From sequence record MN871447.1: 64,000 nt of DNA, one strand, 5' to 3'. Shown here in pieces: positions 54,989 through 64,000 of the stretch (position 1 is its first letter; every line of letters starts with the position of its first letter). Position numbers and translations under genes: made by a program. The notes under the pieces were generated by a model that saw only the letters and a program-made list of their open reading frames with translations, did no database searches and was not told where the DNA came from.

Positions 54989-55302
54989 AAATCAGGATTC
55001 CTCTGACGAAACTCTTCATCATCTACCCAAACCATTAATGCGTTCCGTTGTATATCGAGCGATTCGATATGAAGCAGATTAACCGGAAGTTTCAATGGTA
55101 CGCCACCGTACTCTTTTTCCAATACCCTGGCTACTTGCCATATCTTCTCTGTCTCCCAATGGTCATTATCAATAATTAAATACTCAGGCGGAATCGTGTT
55201 ATACGTCCGGTCTAACCAGTGGGCTAAAATCCTTAACCGATAGAACCGATCCATTGTCGGTGTCATATCGAGAAAATGCTTAATATCGATGACAATCAAC
55301 AT
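54898..55302 (-). CDS. Array member 9 (hypothetical)
   Basis: Start moved to MLIVIDIKHF; contains IESLDIQRNALMVWVD. Confidence 0.65.
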   Translation of the reverse strand: MLIVIDIKHFLDMTPTMDRFYRLRILAHWLDRTYNTIPPEYLIIDNDHWETEKIWQVARVLEKEYGGVPLKLPVNLLHIESLDIQRNALMVWVDDEEFRQRNPDLWQCKNISSKSPRRLRSSPTAIRVSGGIRL

Positions 55303-55729
55303 GGTCTTCAGTTCCCAGTGTAATTTCAAAATGATTGTGTTGGAAAGAAAAGTCGAGGACACGATAATGACGCGGGACACCCTCCAATTGAAAGAGCGTA
55401 GTGAGTTCCTTTTCTTTTTCATTAACTCGATTGAAGATCGCTTCGATCATTGCGTTAAAATCACGTTTATCTCTACCCGGTAGCATTTTGCTGGGTTCTA
55501 CCTTATCGGTTAACAAATAGATCCCTTGCGCCCAATGCTTTCTTTCCCGGAAATGAAACCACGTCATCCAGGTCGCGTAGAAAATTTCTTTCACGGTGAA
55601 AATACCGTGATAAGGTGAATTAATCCAGTAAAAGATCTTTGGGATCTCGCCTTTAACAATCATGACGTCACCAGACTTCCTGTAAGTCATTCTAAGCCTC
55701 TTTTTACTGTCAGTAGTACTATCTATCAA
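55280..55729 (-). CDS. Array member 10 (hypothetical)
   Basis: 149 aa; first gene after the early promoter. Confidence 0.65.
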   Translation of the reverse strand: MIDSTTDSKKRLRMTYRKSGDVMIVKGEIPKIFYWINSPYHGIFTVKEIFYATWMTWFHFRERKHWAQGIYLLTDKVEPSKMLPGRDKRDFNAMIEAIFNRVNEKEKELTTLFQLEGVPRHYRVLDFSFQHNHFEITLGTEDHVDCHRY

Positions 55730-55776
55730 ATAAATTGATAAACCCGTACAAAGCGATTACAGCTATGTTCAATAGG

Positions 55777-55785
55777 GTAATATAT
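55777..55785 (-). promoter_or_regulatory. Early promoter ATATATTAC for the ten-gene array
   Basis: Exact consensus, 48 nt upstream of the 55729 start. Confidence 0.7.
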
Positions 55786-55894
55786 GTCCTATTTCTTTTC
55801 CAACAAAACAAAATAAAAAAGACGGAGCGGGAAAACCCCGCTCCGTTGATGATCTTAAATGATTGAAGCAGATAAAAGTCCTACATACTAACGA

Positions 55895-56863
55895 CTAGAG
55901 TTCCATCCCGTCGCCCTGAACATCGCCACGGATAAAGTTCTGCGCAGCCTTGGACTTCTTATCGCGTGCAGCGCGACGTTGTTCGTAGTCGTCAAACGTT
56001 TGGCGAAGTTCCATTAAGATCTCATTCAGTCCATCTGTATGAATGACAAAATAAAGCGAATCTTCCCCTGTACGTTTACGGGTACCGAACGTGTTATAGT
56101 CCGCTGGGATAGTACCGGCTACCGGCTTGTTGTCGCCGTAGAGTTCCGCAACTGAAATAGGTGCGTTAACGCTCACTGCATCATCACGGTCCTGGAAGAC
56201 GTCAAGGAGACCGAGCTCCGGGCTTACGCCTGCACCAAGAACGGGTTTCGCCCAGGTCAGTACGTCCGCAGAATCCAGTCCATGATGTTTCCCGGAATAA
56301 AGATCCAGAACGGCGCGGATGGTAGCGATCATGATCGCATCGACTTCGGCGTTGCGCAGGTTGTTCTCATTGCTCTCGTAACAGACGTTACAGAACTGAT
56401 TGTTCTTGATCGCAATGTTACGCAGCGACGAAATAGTCTTCATGGTGTTTTCGGTGGTATTACCCGATTCTGTCGAACCGACTAAAAAGACCAGCACCGC
56501 TTTATTCTGCGCATAAAGCGCTTCGATCAGTTTCGGACCAATGACCGAACCGCTGCCGCCGGAGGCGGAGAAGATCAGAATGTTGAGATCGGACGGCTTC
56601 AACTTAAAGAGAATGTCGCTGATGCTTCGGTTCGTGACGTCGTAGTTGGTTTTACGGATTTTCCCTGCGCCGTCTACGCCCTCGAGGAAATACCATTTGT
56701 CAGGGTCTTGAACAGACCGCTCGGAAACGTTGGAACGACTACCGTCAACATACGCTTCTTTGACGTTAGCAAGTTCAGAAAGATCGGTGCGCATGAGTTT
56801 AGTGAGGATGTCGATACCCGCACCACCTGCGCCGTAAATAGTTACTGTGTTATTCGATGACAT
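55895..56863 (-). CDS. phuZ: PhuZ tubulin
   Basis: GAGGAG (G-box 1); DGAGKIR; tubulin signature SGGSGS; acidic C-terminal tail. Confidence 0.93.
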   Translation of the reverse strand: MSSNNTVTIYGAGGAGIDILTKLMRTDLSELANVKEAYVDGSRSNVSERSVQDPDKWYFLEGVDGAGKIRKTNYDVTNRSISDILFKLKPSDLNILIFSASGGSGSVIGPKLIEALYAQNKAVLVFLVGSTESGNTTENTMKTISSLRNIAIKNNQFCNVCYESNENNLRNAEVDAIMIATIRAVLDLYSGKHHGLDSADVLTWAKPVLGAGVSPELGLLDVFQDRDDAVSVNAPISVAELYGDNKPVAGTIPADYNTFGTRKRTGEDSLYFVIHTDGLNEILMELRQTFDDYEQRRAARDKKSKAAQNFIRGDVQGDGMEL

Positions 56864-56949
56864 AATACGGTCGCTCCTTATGTTGGACCAAAAGTCGTAT
56901 CATAGTACTTTATAACAAGACGTAAAATAATCGATGGAGGATCTCAAAG

Positions 56950-57780
56950 ATGGTGTTACAGAAAGTGATTTCTGATATTCGTTTTATCATTCCTAAAGAG
57001 GTACTCGAAGTTGCCTTTTTAGGTGACGTCGGGTTGGAAAGAAAACGACCCGGTTCATTGGATTGGGAAATTCGTAACAAAGTGATCGACGCGAAAGTCA
57101 GACCCGATTGTAATTTACTGGGTGCGCTGGAAATGAACATTCCGCTGGCAAACGCAGAAGTAACTTACGATACTAGCGGTCTTTACCGCAACACGGTAAG
57201 AATCCCTAAGTCGTTAACCGGCGGACGTTCTATCGTGCTCCCCACTTACTTTAACTATTACTACTACACCGGGGCAATCGGTCAAGTTGGTGGCTACATG
57301 GCCAATAACTACTCGAGCAACACGTGTGGTAACTCACCGTTAATGGCACAGGCCAGTCGAATCCTACAATCCTCCGCGAACTCCGATGCTACCGGTACCG
57401 CGGCAGTAAGATTGATCGGTGAAAACACGGTAACGATTAATGACTATATCGGCTCGATTACACAAGGTTCATTGGTTTGTTTAGTGAGCCATGATTCCGA
57501 GATGAATTCTATCGGTCCCCGTGCAGTTCCACAGTTCTCCAAACTCTGTCAACTGGCTTGTAAAGCGTACATCTACAACACGTTAAAAGTTAAGTTGAAC
57601 GGCGGGTATCTTTCAGGTGGGACCGAACTGGGAGAGATCCAGAATGTCGTGGACAGCTACTCTGATGCTGCTGAACAGTATTCTGAGTATTACGAGAACG
57701 AATGGCAGATGGTTCAGTTCAGTAACGACGATACACGTAACTCGTGGTATCTCCGTAATTTGATTGGCGGTGGCGCATAA
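56950..57780 (+). CDS. Core protein, probably virion structural
   Basis: 276 aa, divergent from phuZ; structural role inferred from recalled synteny. Confidence 0.6.
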   Translation: MVLQKVISDIRFIIPKEVLEVAFLGDVGLERKRPGSLDWEIRNKVIDAKVRPDCNLLGALEMNIPLANAEVTYDTSGLYRNTVRIPKSLTGGRSIVLPTYFNYYYYTGAIGQVGGYMANNYSSNTCGNSPLMAQASRILQSSANSDATGTAAVRLIGENTVTINDYIGSITQGSLVCLVSHDSEMNSIGPRAVPQFSKLCQLACKAYIYNTLKVKLNGGYLSGGTELGEIQNVVDSYSDAAEQYSEYYENEWQMVQFSNDDTRNSWYLRNLIGGGA

Positions 57781-57814
57781 CGGGTAGGAGGGGTAAACCC
57801 TCCTACCTCTATGT

Positions 57815-58636
57815 TTAGTGTAGTCGTAATACGACGCAACTGGCGTCGAGATCAATCGCAGTGACCCCTTCGTTTTCTTTATCGGAGATAGCAAGGCGGT
57901 AAAAGTTGACCTCGTTCACTGCGCCCATTAATCGATCGCTGTAAACGGTTTCTTCAATCTCGGTTTTTCCGCTGGCAAACGTATAACCTTCGACCGTCCC
58001 GTAGCACATCGCAAGCATGGAACCGATAACGTAGTTCCATTCTGATTCCTGCCACGTTTCTCCCTGAAAGACAGAGAACAGGATTCTGGCGTTGGTTCTC
58101 TCTTCGATGAGTAAGAGCGCATCTTTACCAATGAAGTGCGGGTTATTCTGGTCAGCGTATTGATAGACCAACAAAGTTTTGCTGGTCTTGCTGTCCTTTA
58201 TTTCAAAACCTTCTTCGATATTCCAAAAGATGAAATAATCTTCATTGTTCTTCGCCATCAGTTCGTAGAAATCTAAAATACCGTCAGCGTCAAAGGTGGG
58301 CCTGGCGTACACTCCACCATTGACGTAAGGGAACGGTGAACTTTCGTTAAGTTCCTTTATCTGGAACACTGCAGCGACTACCGCGTCGTCCGGTATCGCA
58401 TCGACATCCGACAGCAACAAAGAAACTTCCAGTAACGATAGCGAAGGTGTCTCGGTTTCAGGGACGCCGGTAAACGATATCGCCCAAACCGTGTGACCAC
58501 CGGTAGGGAACGTCATTGTGACGAGAATCGTCCCAATACCGATGTCACCTTTTTTAGGAAGCGGATGTATACTGACAGTACCCTTCGATTTCTCTGATGT
58601 AGACAAGCCCACTGCATTTTCAACTACCGTCTCCAT
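57815..58636 (-). CDS. Hypothetical protein
   Basis: 273-aa ORF. Confidence 0.7.
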   Translation of the reverse strand: METVVENAVGLSTSEKSKGTVSIHPLPKKGDIGIGTILVTMTFPTGGHTVWAISFTGVPETETPSLSLLEVSLLLSDVDAIPDDAVVAAVFQIKELNESSPFPYVNGGVYARPTFDADGILDFYELMAKNNEDYFIFWNIEEGFEIKDSKTSKTLLVYQYADQNNPHFIGKDALLLIEERTNARILFSVFQGETWQESEWNYVIGSMLAMCYGTVEGYTFASGKTEIEETVYSDRLMGAVNEVNFYRLAISDKENEGVTAIDLDASCVVLRLH

Positions 58637-58656
58637 TCCTACCCCCAGGTATAAAC

Positions 58657-59118
58657 TTAGTTTGTTTCTAATCTTTTAAACACAGCCGTATTTCTAACGC
58701 TATTAAAATATTGGAGCAACTGCGTCTTATCGGTAACAACAATGTTATACTTGTCTAAAATTTCCTGGAATAAAGCAGATAAGTTACCCAACTCATCAAT
58801 GATTGGGATTTCGTTTAAGAGCCACCACCATCGCCCTTTGATCCGGGTGATTGCAGGCTGCCCCCAGACTAATCCTTTCATCTCGAAATGATAATGCGAA
58901 GAAAGGTTCTCTTCTACCTGATTTAACAGGTTTCTAATCGGACCAGCTTCTTTACTCTTCCTGAGAATACGGTAAACAACGAGTGTTCCGTCAATGGCAA
59001 CTACCACGCTATGTCGAATTGTCTTCGAGGAAAGCGAAAGGGTTAAAAGACAATCCGTGTCGTTCATTAAAGTGAGATCAAGAAGATGGCCATCGGTAAA
59101 ACGAACTGTAGTACTCAT
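58657..59118 (-). CDS. Hypothetical protein
   Basis: 153-aa ORF with GGAGG RBS. Confidence 0.7.
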   Translation of the reverse strand: MSTTVRFTDGHLLDLTLMNDTDCLLTLSLSSKTIRHSVVVAIDGTLVVYRILRKSKEAGPIRNLLNQVEENLSSHYHFEMKGLVWGQPAITRIKGRWWWLLNEIPIIDELGNLSALFQEILDKYNIVVTDKTQLLQYFNSVRNTAVFKRLETN

Positions 59119-59148
59119 TCAACGCCTCCCGTGGCCAGTGTGTATTTA

Positions 59149-59766
59149 TTAGAGTAAATTCCAACGTTTTTCCATTAATTCGCTAATGCGATCTTTGATT
59201 CGCGGACTGGTGATCCATGGCGGGTTGATCAGTTCAGAAATGACAATCCCGAGATCAGGGAGTTTTTTCAACAGCGCCGTAATCTGTCCGGTAGTGAATC
59301 CCTCTGGTGGTGTATTGATGTCGAGTTTACAATAGCGACCAAAGTCATTCTCTTCTTTATCGAAGTACCAGTCCAGTTCCCCAATTATCCCGTTACCCAG
59401 ATCAATCAGTGAGCGTCTTTTTTGGTAGAGACGTTCGCCGAATGGTAATGCCATTTCATACTCTTCCGGCGTAATGACCTTTTCAAGTTCAATGCACCGA
59501 GATGTCTGAGTTTTAGCATCGTAAGGTAAACGATACTTCGTCGCCGCTTCATAAACCACTTGACCAGCAACGTCTTTGCTTTCGGAGAAAACTTCAGTTC
59601 GTCTAACCCGAACGGTAATGCGGGTATTGTTTGTTGTTAACGCATTCGTTTCTGATTGCGTTATTTGGTAATAGTCGCCTGTACTTTCTTTTAGTCTTCG
59701 GAAACTCGCCTCATCGACCTTAAAGAAAATGGCCACTTCATTTTCGTTACTCTTTTTATTACCCAT
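59149..59766 (-). CDS. CYTH (triphosphate tunnel metalloenzyme)-like protein
   Basis: ENEVA (ExExK-like), VRVR, ELEK, QKRR, GELD; start moved to MGNKK. Confidence 0.6.
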   Translation of the reverse strand: MGNKKSNENEVAIFFKVDEASFRRLKESTGDYYQITQSETNALTTNNTRITVRVRRTEVFSESKDVAGQVVYEAATKYRLPYDAKTQTSRCIELEKVITPEEYEMALPFGERLYQKRRSLIDLGNGIIGELDWYFDKEENDFGRYCKLDINTPPEGFTTGQITALLKKLPDLGIVISELINPPWITSPRIKDRISELMEKRWNLL

Positions 59767-59941
59767 GAAGAAGCTCGTTATTCTGTAGTTAATTTGGACG
59801 GTAGGGAACCACTGGTCATTTCGCCTACCTTGCATAAGTAACGTCCGAAGGCCAAAAAAGAAACAGAAAAAATAAAAAAAAAGAAGGTGTGAAAACACCT
59901 TCTTTCGTGACAGATGCACTATAAATAGCAAGAGGAATAAA

Positions 59942-60496
59942 TTATGAAAACCCGGCCAAAAGACGTTGGAAAGAATTCAACTCTTTAATGTATTTAGCGA
60001 CCACCGCAGCCTTCAGTTGGATATCTAATCCAGGCGGGAGTTGTTCCTTCAGCCTGATCTGTCCGAACTGACTTTCGAACGTTGCGTAGAGAAAAACTTT
60101 ACCAAGCTCTAACCGTAACCCTGCGTTGATCGCTCTTAACGGTAACGGATGTTTCTCGGTGAGAATATCCCACTGCTCGGTGAACCCGCGAACGTTAAGG
60201 CAATACCCTCCTTCTGACGCGAGACGATTGATGTCGTCACCGGTCATGGAAAGATAGAGGTCTGCTATGTCAACCCCCAACTGGGTAACTGGGAATCGTT
60301 TGTTCGGCTCTTTCAGCGCGTATTTAAGTACCAGCGTACTATAATGCTCTTTGACGATGTTCTGAATATCAGTTTTCGCCTCTTTCGTTTTAAACGACGT
60401 CACTAACGAGCCGTAGTGCCGTAACTCATGGATGACACTCCCTTGCGTCACGTAACTCTTCGCTCTAATTTTGCCCAGATCAAAATTATAGTACAT
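59942..60496 (-). CDS. Hypothetical protein
   Basis: 184-aa ORF with AGGAG RBS. Confidence 0.7.
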   Translation of the reverse strand: MYYNFDLGKIRAKSYVTQGSVIHELRHYGSLVTSFKTKEAKTDIQNIVKEHYSTLVLKYALKEPNKRFPVTQLGVDIADLYLSMTGDDINRLASEGGYCLNVRGFTEQWDILTEKHPLPLRAINAGLRLELGKVFLYATFESQFGQIRLKEQLPPGLDIQLKAAVVAKYIKELNSFQRLLAGFS

Positions 60497-60530
60497 TACT
60501 CGCTCCTTATTTACTGTCGTGGCGGTACGG

Positions 60531-60983
60531 TTATTGACCAGCGATTAACGCGTTCTCTAACACCAAACGAAGAATCTTATCGTTCAGGTCGTCACGGTTA
60601 GTGGGCGAAGTAATCCGCTTTTTACGCAGTCCTTCTGCGACCGTTCCCGTATTGAACTCGAGTGTAAGGTAGCCCACGTCTTCTTTCTTGTCTTCCAGCC
60701 AACGATATTCGTACTCGAATTTTTTGTCATCATACGCGACAGGGTGGCGAGAAACAATACGGTAGGTGCGGCACATCACTTTATTTTGAAGATCACTGTA
60801 GAGCTTGTAGATCTCCATTTTAGTGACTTGACCTTTGACCTCCCGGTAATTCTCTGCCGAGAGTTCCGCGATCAGTTTACCGTCCTTTGCCAAGAGCAGG
60901 TTTCCGTGATGGATAGTCGCAATCATCCCGTCTTCACGGCGCTCTTGTAGACCGGCGCAGCCCGTTAGTTCAAATGTAATCAC
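60531..60983 (-). CDS. Hypothetical protein
   Basis: 150-aa ORF. Confidence 0.65.
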   Translation of the reverse strand: MITFELTGCAGLQERREDGMIATIHHGNLLLAKDGKLIAELSAENYREVKGQVTKMEIYKLYSDLQNKVMCRTYRIVSRHPVAYDDKKFEYEYRWLEDKKEDVGYLTLEFNTGTVAEGLRKKRITSPTNRDDLNDKILRLVLENALIAGQ

Positions 60984-61488
60984 TGAGTAATCCTTTAAAA
61001 AGTTTGAAAGCTTCTGGTTGGTAACCGATTTGTTCTGGCGCTTCCGAAGGACTGAGAAGGTAAAACCGATTCTCCTCGTCTTCTTGCCAAAGGAAATGAT
61101 CCCGATAATCTAATAACCCATCAGGATATAAAAGATCGTAATAATAATCCCCTACTTTCAATAACGAATGACCAAAACAAAAATCAGTCGGCGTATTGTC
61201 GTCGTAAGAAATCTCTTGGTAATAAAATAAAAATTCTTCCGGGTGATCGGTACACAGTTCTTTCCCTAAATCACTGATGGCTAAGCAACACCCTGAATAG
61301 ATTTCGCCAGGCCCTTGATCCGCTGAACCGTATAACCAGATATCAAAATCATCGCCTGGAACAAAACCGATTTCTTTCGCCCGCACTATCCCCCAGTCCC
61401 AACAATGTTGACCGAGATTTAGGTTGTTAGTCAGAAAGAACTCCTTGTAGACTTTCCTCAACAAATGCAGGTATTCACTTGTCGTCAT
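60970..61488 (-). CDS. Papain/transglutaminase-like protein with a Cys-His-Asp triad
   Basis: YSGCCLA...GHSLLKVGDYYYD; start moved to MTTSEY, just after the upstream stop. Confidence 0.5.
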   Translation of the reverse strand: MTTSEYLHLLRKVYKEFFLTNNLNLGQHCWDWGIVRAKEIGFVPGDDFDIWLYGSADQGPGEIYSGCCLAISDLGKELCTDHPEEFLFYYQEISYDDNTPTDFCFGHSLLKVGDYYYDLLYPDGLLDYRDHFLWQEDEENRFYLLSPSEAPEQIGYQPEAFKLFKGLLSDYI

Positions 61489-61489
61489 C

Positions 61490-61834
61490 TTATTCGATCC
61501 TGTCGGTGTAATTTCCGTACCACCATCCATCCGGCGCCAACGTGACAACGATCCGACTTCCGCCTTCCAACGGAATCCATTCCTTATCAAAAACGTATTT
61601 AACAGGCCATGATGTCTCGTTAGCACGGACGCGTCTTCCTACGTTACTCTCTAAAGGAAGAAACCGGAATCGAAACATTTCTTTATTTTCCAGGGTTCCA
61701 ATTTCTACCTTGACGTCAGGTATTCGACAACTTCTACGAACCGCCCGGGAAAAGGTAGCGATGATTCTTTTTTCATTGCGATAAAATTTAACACAAGGTG
61801 TAGTTTTAATTATACTCATAGGCAATTTCATCAA
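61490..61834 (-). CDS. Hypothetical protein
   Basis: 114-aa ORF. Confidence 0.65.
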   Translation of the reverse strand: MMKLPMSIIKTTPCVKFYRNEKRIIATFSRAVRRSCRIPDVKVEIGTLENKEMFRFRFLPLESNVGRRVRANETSWPVKYVFDKEWIPLEGGSRIVVTLAPDGWWYGNYTDRIE

Positions 61835-61898
61835 AAAACCCTCTTAACGATTATAGAACCTCTAGAGACGTTTCCGTCTCTAGAGGGGAGTATTTTAT

Positions 61899-62579
61899 TC
61901 AGCGAGGTGAATGGTTATCTGCAAGGGCTATAGGTAACTGGTTCTGAAACGCGTAAAGCGTGACTTCCTGTTTATACGCCTTGCGGTGATTTGAAACGAC
62001 GGAGTTGACGTATTGCTTGAATCCGGCAACTGTGCGGGGTTTACCTTTATCAGTGTAGAAGTACGCGCGATTACCTGCTGCGCCTCCTGCCACCCTTACC
62101 GCTAACCGATCATTTCGTGCCTTCAATATTTTCACTGCACCGCCGGGTCCTAACAGATGGGCCATGTAGATTTCATTGATCCCGACCTGACGCTGGAGTG
62201 AACGCTCTAAAAACTCTTTGTTCTCCTTCATGTACGCTACCGCCATAAGCGTGTTCGCACGTGAGTTTTTTACACTGGTTCCGGGTTTGACCCCGTACTG
62301 TTTACCGTACTTCTTTACCGTGGCTCGCCACGTTCGATCTGTAAAACCAAATAGTCCTTTTGCTGAAGAGTGTTTATTGTGCATACCGGCGCCCATCGTA
62401 CTTTCAATGGAAGCCATGGTAACCAAGTCAATCATTTTAACGTCGGTTTTTTGAGATACTCGATATAAGGTATCGCTATGCTTTGCAAAGCCTACGCTAT
62501 TAGTCGAGACAGATGCGGTTGCTGGGGTAGCAATAATGCTTACCAGGCAAAGGACAAGCGCCCAGAAATAGTTTGGCAT
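61899..62579 (-). CDS. Lytic transglycosylase (endolysin-like) with a signal peptide
   Basis: Catalytic SIES; SAKGLFGF..TW; YMAHLLGPGGA; N-terminal MPNYFWALVLCLVSIIATPATA. Confidence 0.85.
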   Translation of the reverse strand: MPNYFWALVLCLVSIIATPATASVSTNSVGFAKHSDTLYRVSQKTDVKMIDLVTMASIESTMGAGMHNKHSSAKGLFGFTDRTWRATVKKYGKQYGVKPGTSVKNSRANTLMAVAYMKENKEFLERSLQRQVGINEIYMAHLLGPGGAVKILKARNDRLAVRVAGGAAGNRAYFYTDKGKPRTVAGFKQYVNSVVSNHRKAYKQEVTLYAFQNQLPIALADNHSPR

Positions 62580-62675
62580 TTCTCATATTTCCTATTCAAA
62601 TCAAAAGAAAGCCAAGGTAACCCTTGGTTACGTATCTCAACGTAACCGGGCATACCCTGACTATAGAAAGGCGAA

Positions 62676-63323
62676 CTATTGTACCGAAATCACCCGCTCT
62701 TTCATCAAAGGGAAATCAAGATTCGTCCGGAAATCGACAATCTCGTGATCAAAGAAGCTGATATAGACGCGTTCACGGTCAACCAGATTACCAATAACAA
62801 AACGCGTAGTACCGAGTCGGATATGTTCCGCGACGACACTGAATGCGTACAGCAGCTCACCCGGATTAAACGGTATACTGTTCCCCTCGACGTTATCGAC
62901 AGGCAATGACAATACTTCTGCCGCCACGAAGATGTGTGTTGTTCCTCGATGCCACCATGCGTATTTGTGCACGCCTTCTTTCACTTTCAACATCACCGCA
63001 GGAATATCCGGGCGAGTGAGATCAAGAGCAATCTGCTGCACTGTTGGGAAAGTCGCACAGAGTTCAAAGAGTACCCAGAAGAGATCTTTGTGATCCTCTC
63101 CTACCGCTGCATTCAGTTCCTCAATAGCGGTTGCGCTACCGTACTGACCGATAACACTACTGAAGACAACGGGTTCGTCCAATAACTTGCTCCCTGGGTG
63201 TGGCACGTTCTCGAAGTTTTGAGTTTCTTCCGCACTGATTGGAACGGTCAGGGTCAAAGTTTCCGTAGCGTTATCCAACGTGAAGTTACCGGTCTGGAAG
63301 ATTTTAAGTTCTGGTTTACTCAT
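62676..63323 (-). CDS. Hypothetical protein
   Basis: 215-aa ORF. Confidence 0.7.
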   Translation of the reverse strand: MSKPELKIFQTGNFTLDNATETLTLTVPISAEETQNFENVPHPGSKLLDEPVVFSSVIGQYGSATAIEELNAAVGEDHKDLFWVLFELCATFPTVQQIALDLTRPDIPAVMLKVKEGVHKYAWWHRGTTHIFVAAEVLSLPVDNVEGNSIPFNPGELLYAFSVVAEHIRLGTTRFVIGNLVDRERVYISFFDHEIVDFRTNLDFPLMKERVISVQ

Positions 63324-63522
63324 TTTCTTTTCCGTATTAAGGTTAGTCTAACAAATCAAGAGAAGGTAACGTGACTTTGCAAATCGAAGTCAAGGTCAAC
63401 TACTTAACCGTTATGACTTTTAGAGTCATAACTCTAAGGATGGACCTACGGTCTAATTAACGCACAGGCTTCGCCGTGCGAAGGTCAACAGATAAATATA
63501 AATAAATTTATTTTTCGATGAA

Positions 63523-63930
63523 TCAACTTTTGTACAACGCGATTACCTTCAAAATCTCACTGACCATCGAATCGGGAAGTTTGAAATCGTTCCGTTCCAT
63601 TTGTTCCTTAAAGAGACGAATCTCTTTCAATGACCGATCCACTCGTAAACCGAAACGATCTCCTAACCAGAACAACATCGGGTTTTTCATAAAACGTTTC
63701 AGTAGGCGTTGCTCGGGTTCCGTCAGTTCGTCAAACGTCCGTAAGACTTTAATGCGTAAGAGCAGCGGACGGCGTTTCGGGGATTCTAAGTAACGAGAGA
63801 GACGTTCAAAGAGTTCATTGTCAGAAATCTCTGGATTTTTCTCAGAAGGGATTAACCGATCGATATAGTCATCACTGAATCCAAAAGAGCGAAGGAAACG
63901 TTCCGCAACGTCATAGTGGCGAATGGCCAT
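63523..63930 (-). CDS. Hypothetical basic protein, probably early
   Basis: 135 aa, AGGAG RBS, CTATATCAC upstream. Confidence 0.7.
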   Translation of the reverse strand: MAIRHYDVAERFLRSFGFSDDYIDRLIPSEKNPEISDNELFERLSRYLESPKRRPLLLRIKVLRTFDELTEPEQRLLKRFMKNPMLFWLGDRFGLRVDRSLKEIRLFKEQMERNDFKLPDSMVSEILKVIALYKS

Positions 63931-63963
63931 GGTAATACTCCTCTAGTTAGTACATTCAATAAC

Positions 63964-63972
63964 GTGATATAG
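63964..63972 (-). promoter_or_regulatory. Putative early promoter CTATATCAC
   Basis: TATATTAC variant 34 nt upstream of the 63930 start. Confidence 0.55.
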
Positions 63973-64000
63973 TTTTTAATTCAATTTGAAACAAAAAAAA

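Noticed and set aside
59767-59931. N-terminal extension of the CYTH-like ORF
   Set aside because: Runs through a terminator hairpin and A tract; MGNKK at 59766 is the plausible start
61489-61626. N-terminal extension of the 60970 ORF
   Set aside because: Overlaps the upstream gene; MTTSEY at 61488 follows that gene's stop directly
1-64000. CRISPR arrays, rRNA genes, transposases or integrases
   Set aside because: No regularly spaced direct repeats or matching motifs seen by eye

Overview
This is a 64-kb segment of a phiKZ-like, nucleus-forming jumbo phage (Chimalliviridae). An Enterobacterales host is inferred from tRNA sequences resembling enterobacterial ones and is not proven. About 28-57 kb holds the core block: PhuZ tubulin, family-B DNA polymerase subunit, chimallin, four recognisable non-virion RNA polymerase subunit genes, ChmC- and PicA-like genes, an SbcD-like nuclease, and an SF2 helicase with a class-3 intein in its P-loop. 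About 5.5-27.6 kb is accessory: GNATs, a macrodomain, a TAXI binding protein, two AAA+ ATPases, sigma-region-4-like HTH proteins, nine standard tRNAs and much structured non-coding sequence. The main finding is at 15.1-16.5 kb. An uncharacterised 255-aa gene is followed by two circularly permuted tRNA-like modules (T arm, closed acceptor stem, D arm, no anticodon loop). They sit among hairpins sharing an AACYUUAUCUU motif that also appears in the gene's own leader. Other candidates are two tRNA-like genes with a hairpin inserted in the anticodon loop, about 0.9 kb of structured RNA beside the tRNA cluster, a G GGT TTT -1 frameshift site, a frameshifted TOPRIM gene, a switch-like TAXI leader, a GGA-rich small RNA and a ten-gene array of diverged paralogues. 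All assignments were made by eye from motifs and recalled synteny; no searches or folding programs were run.
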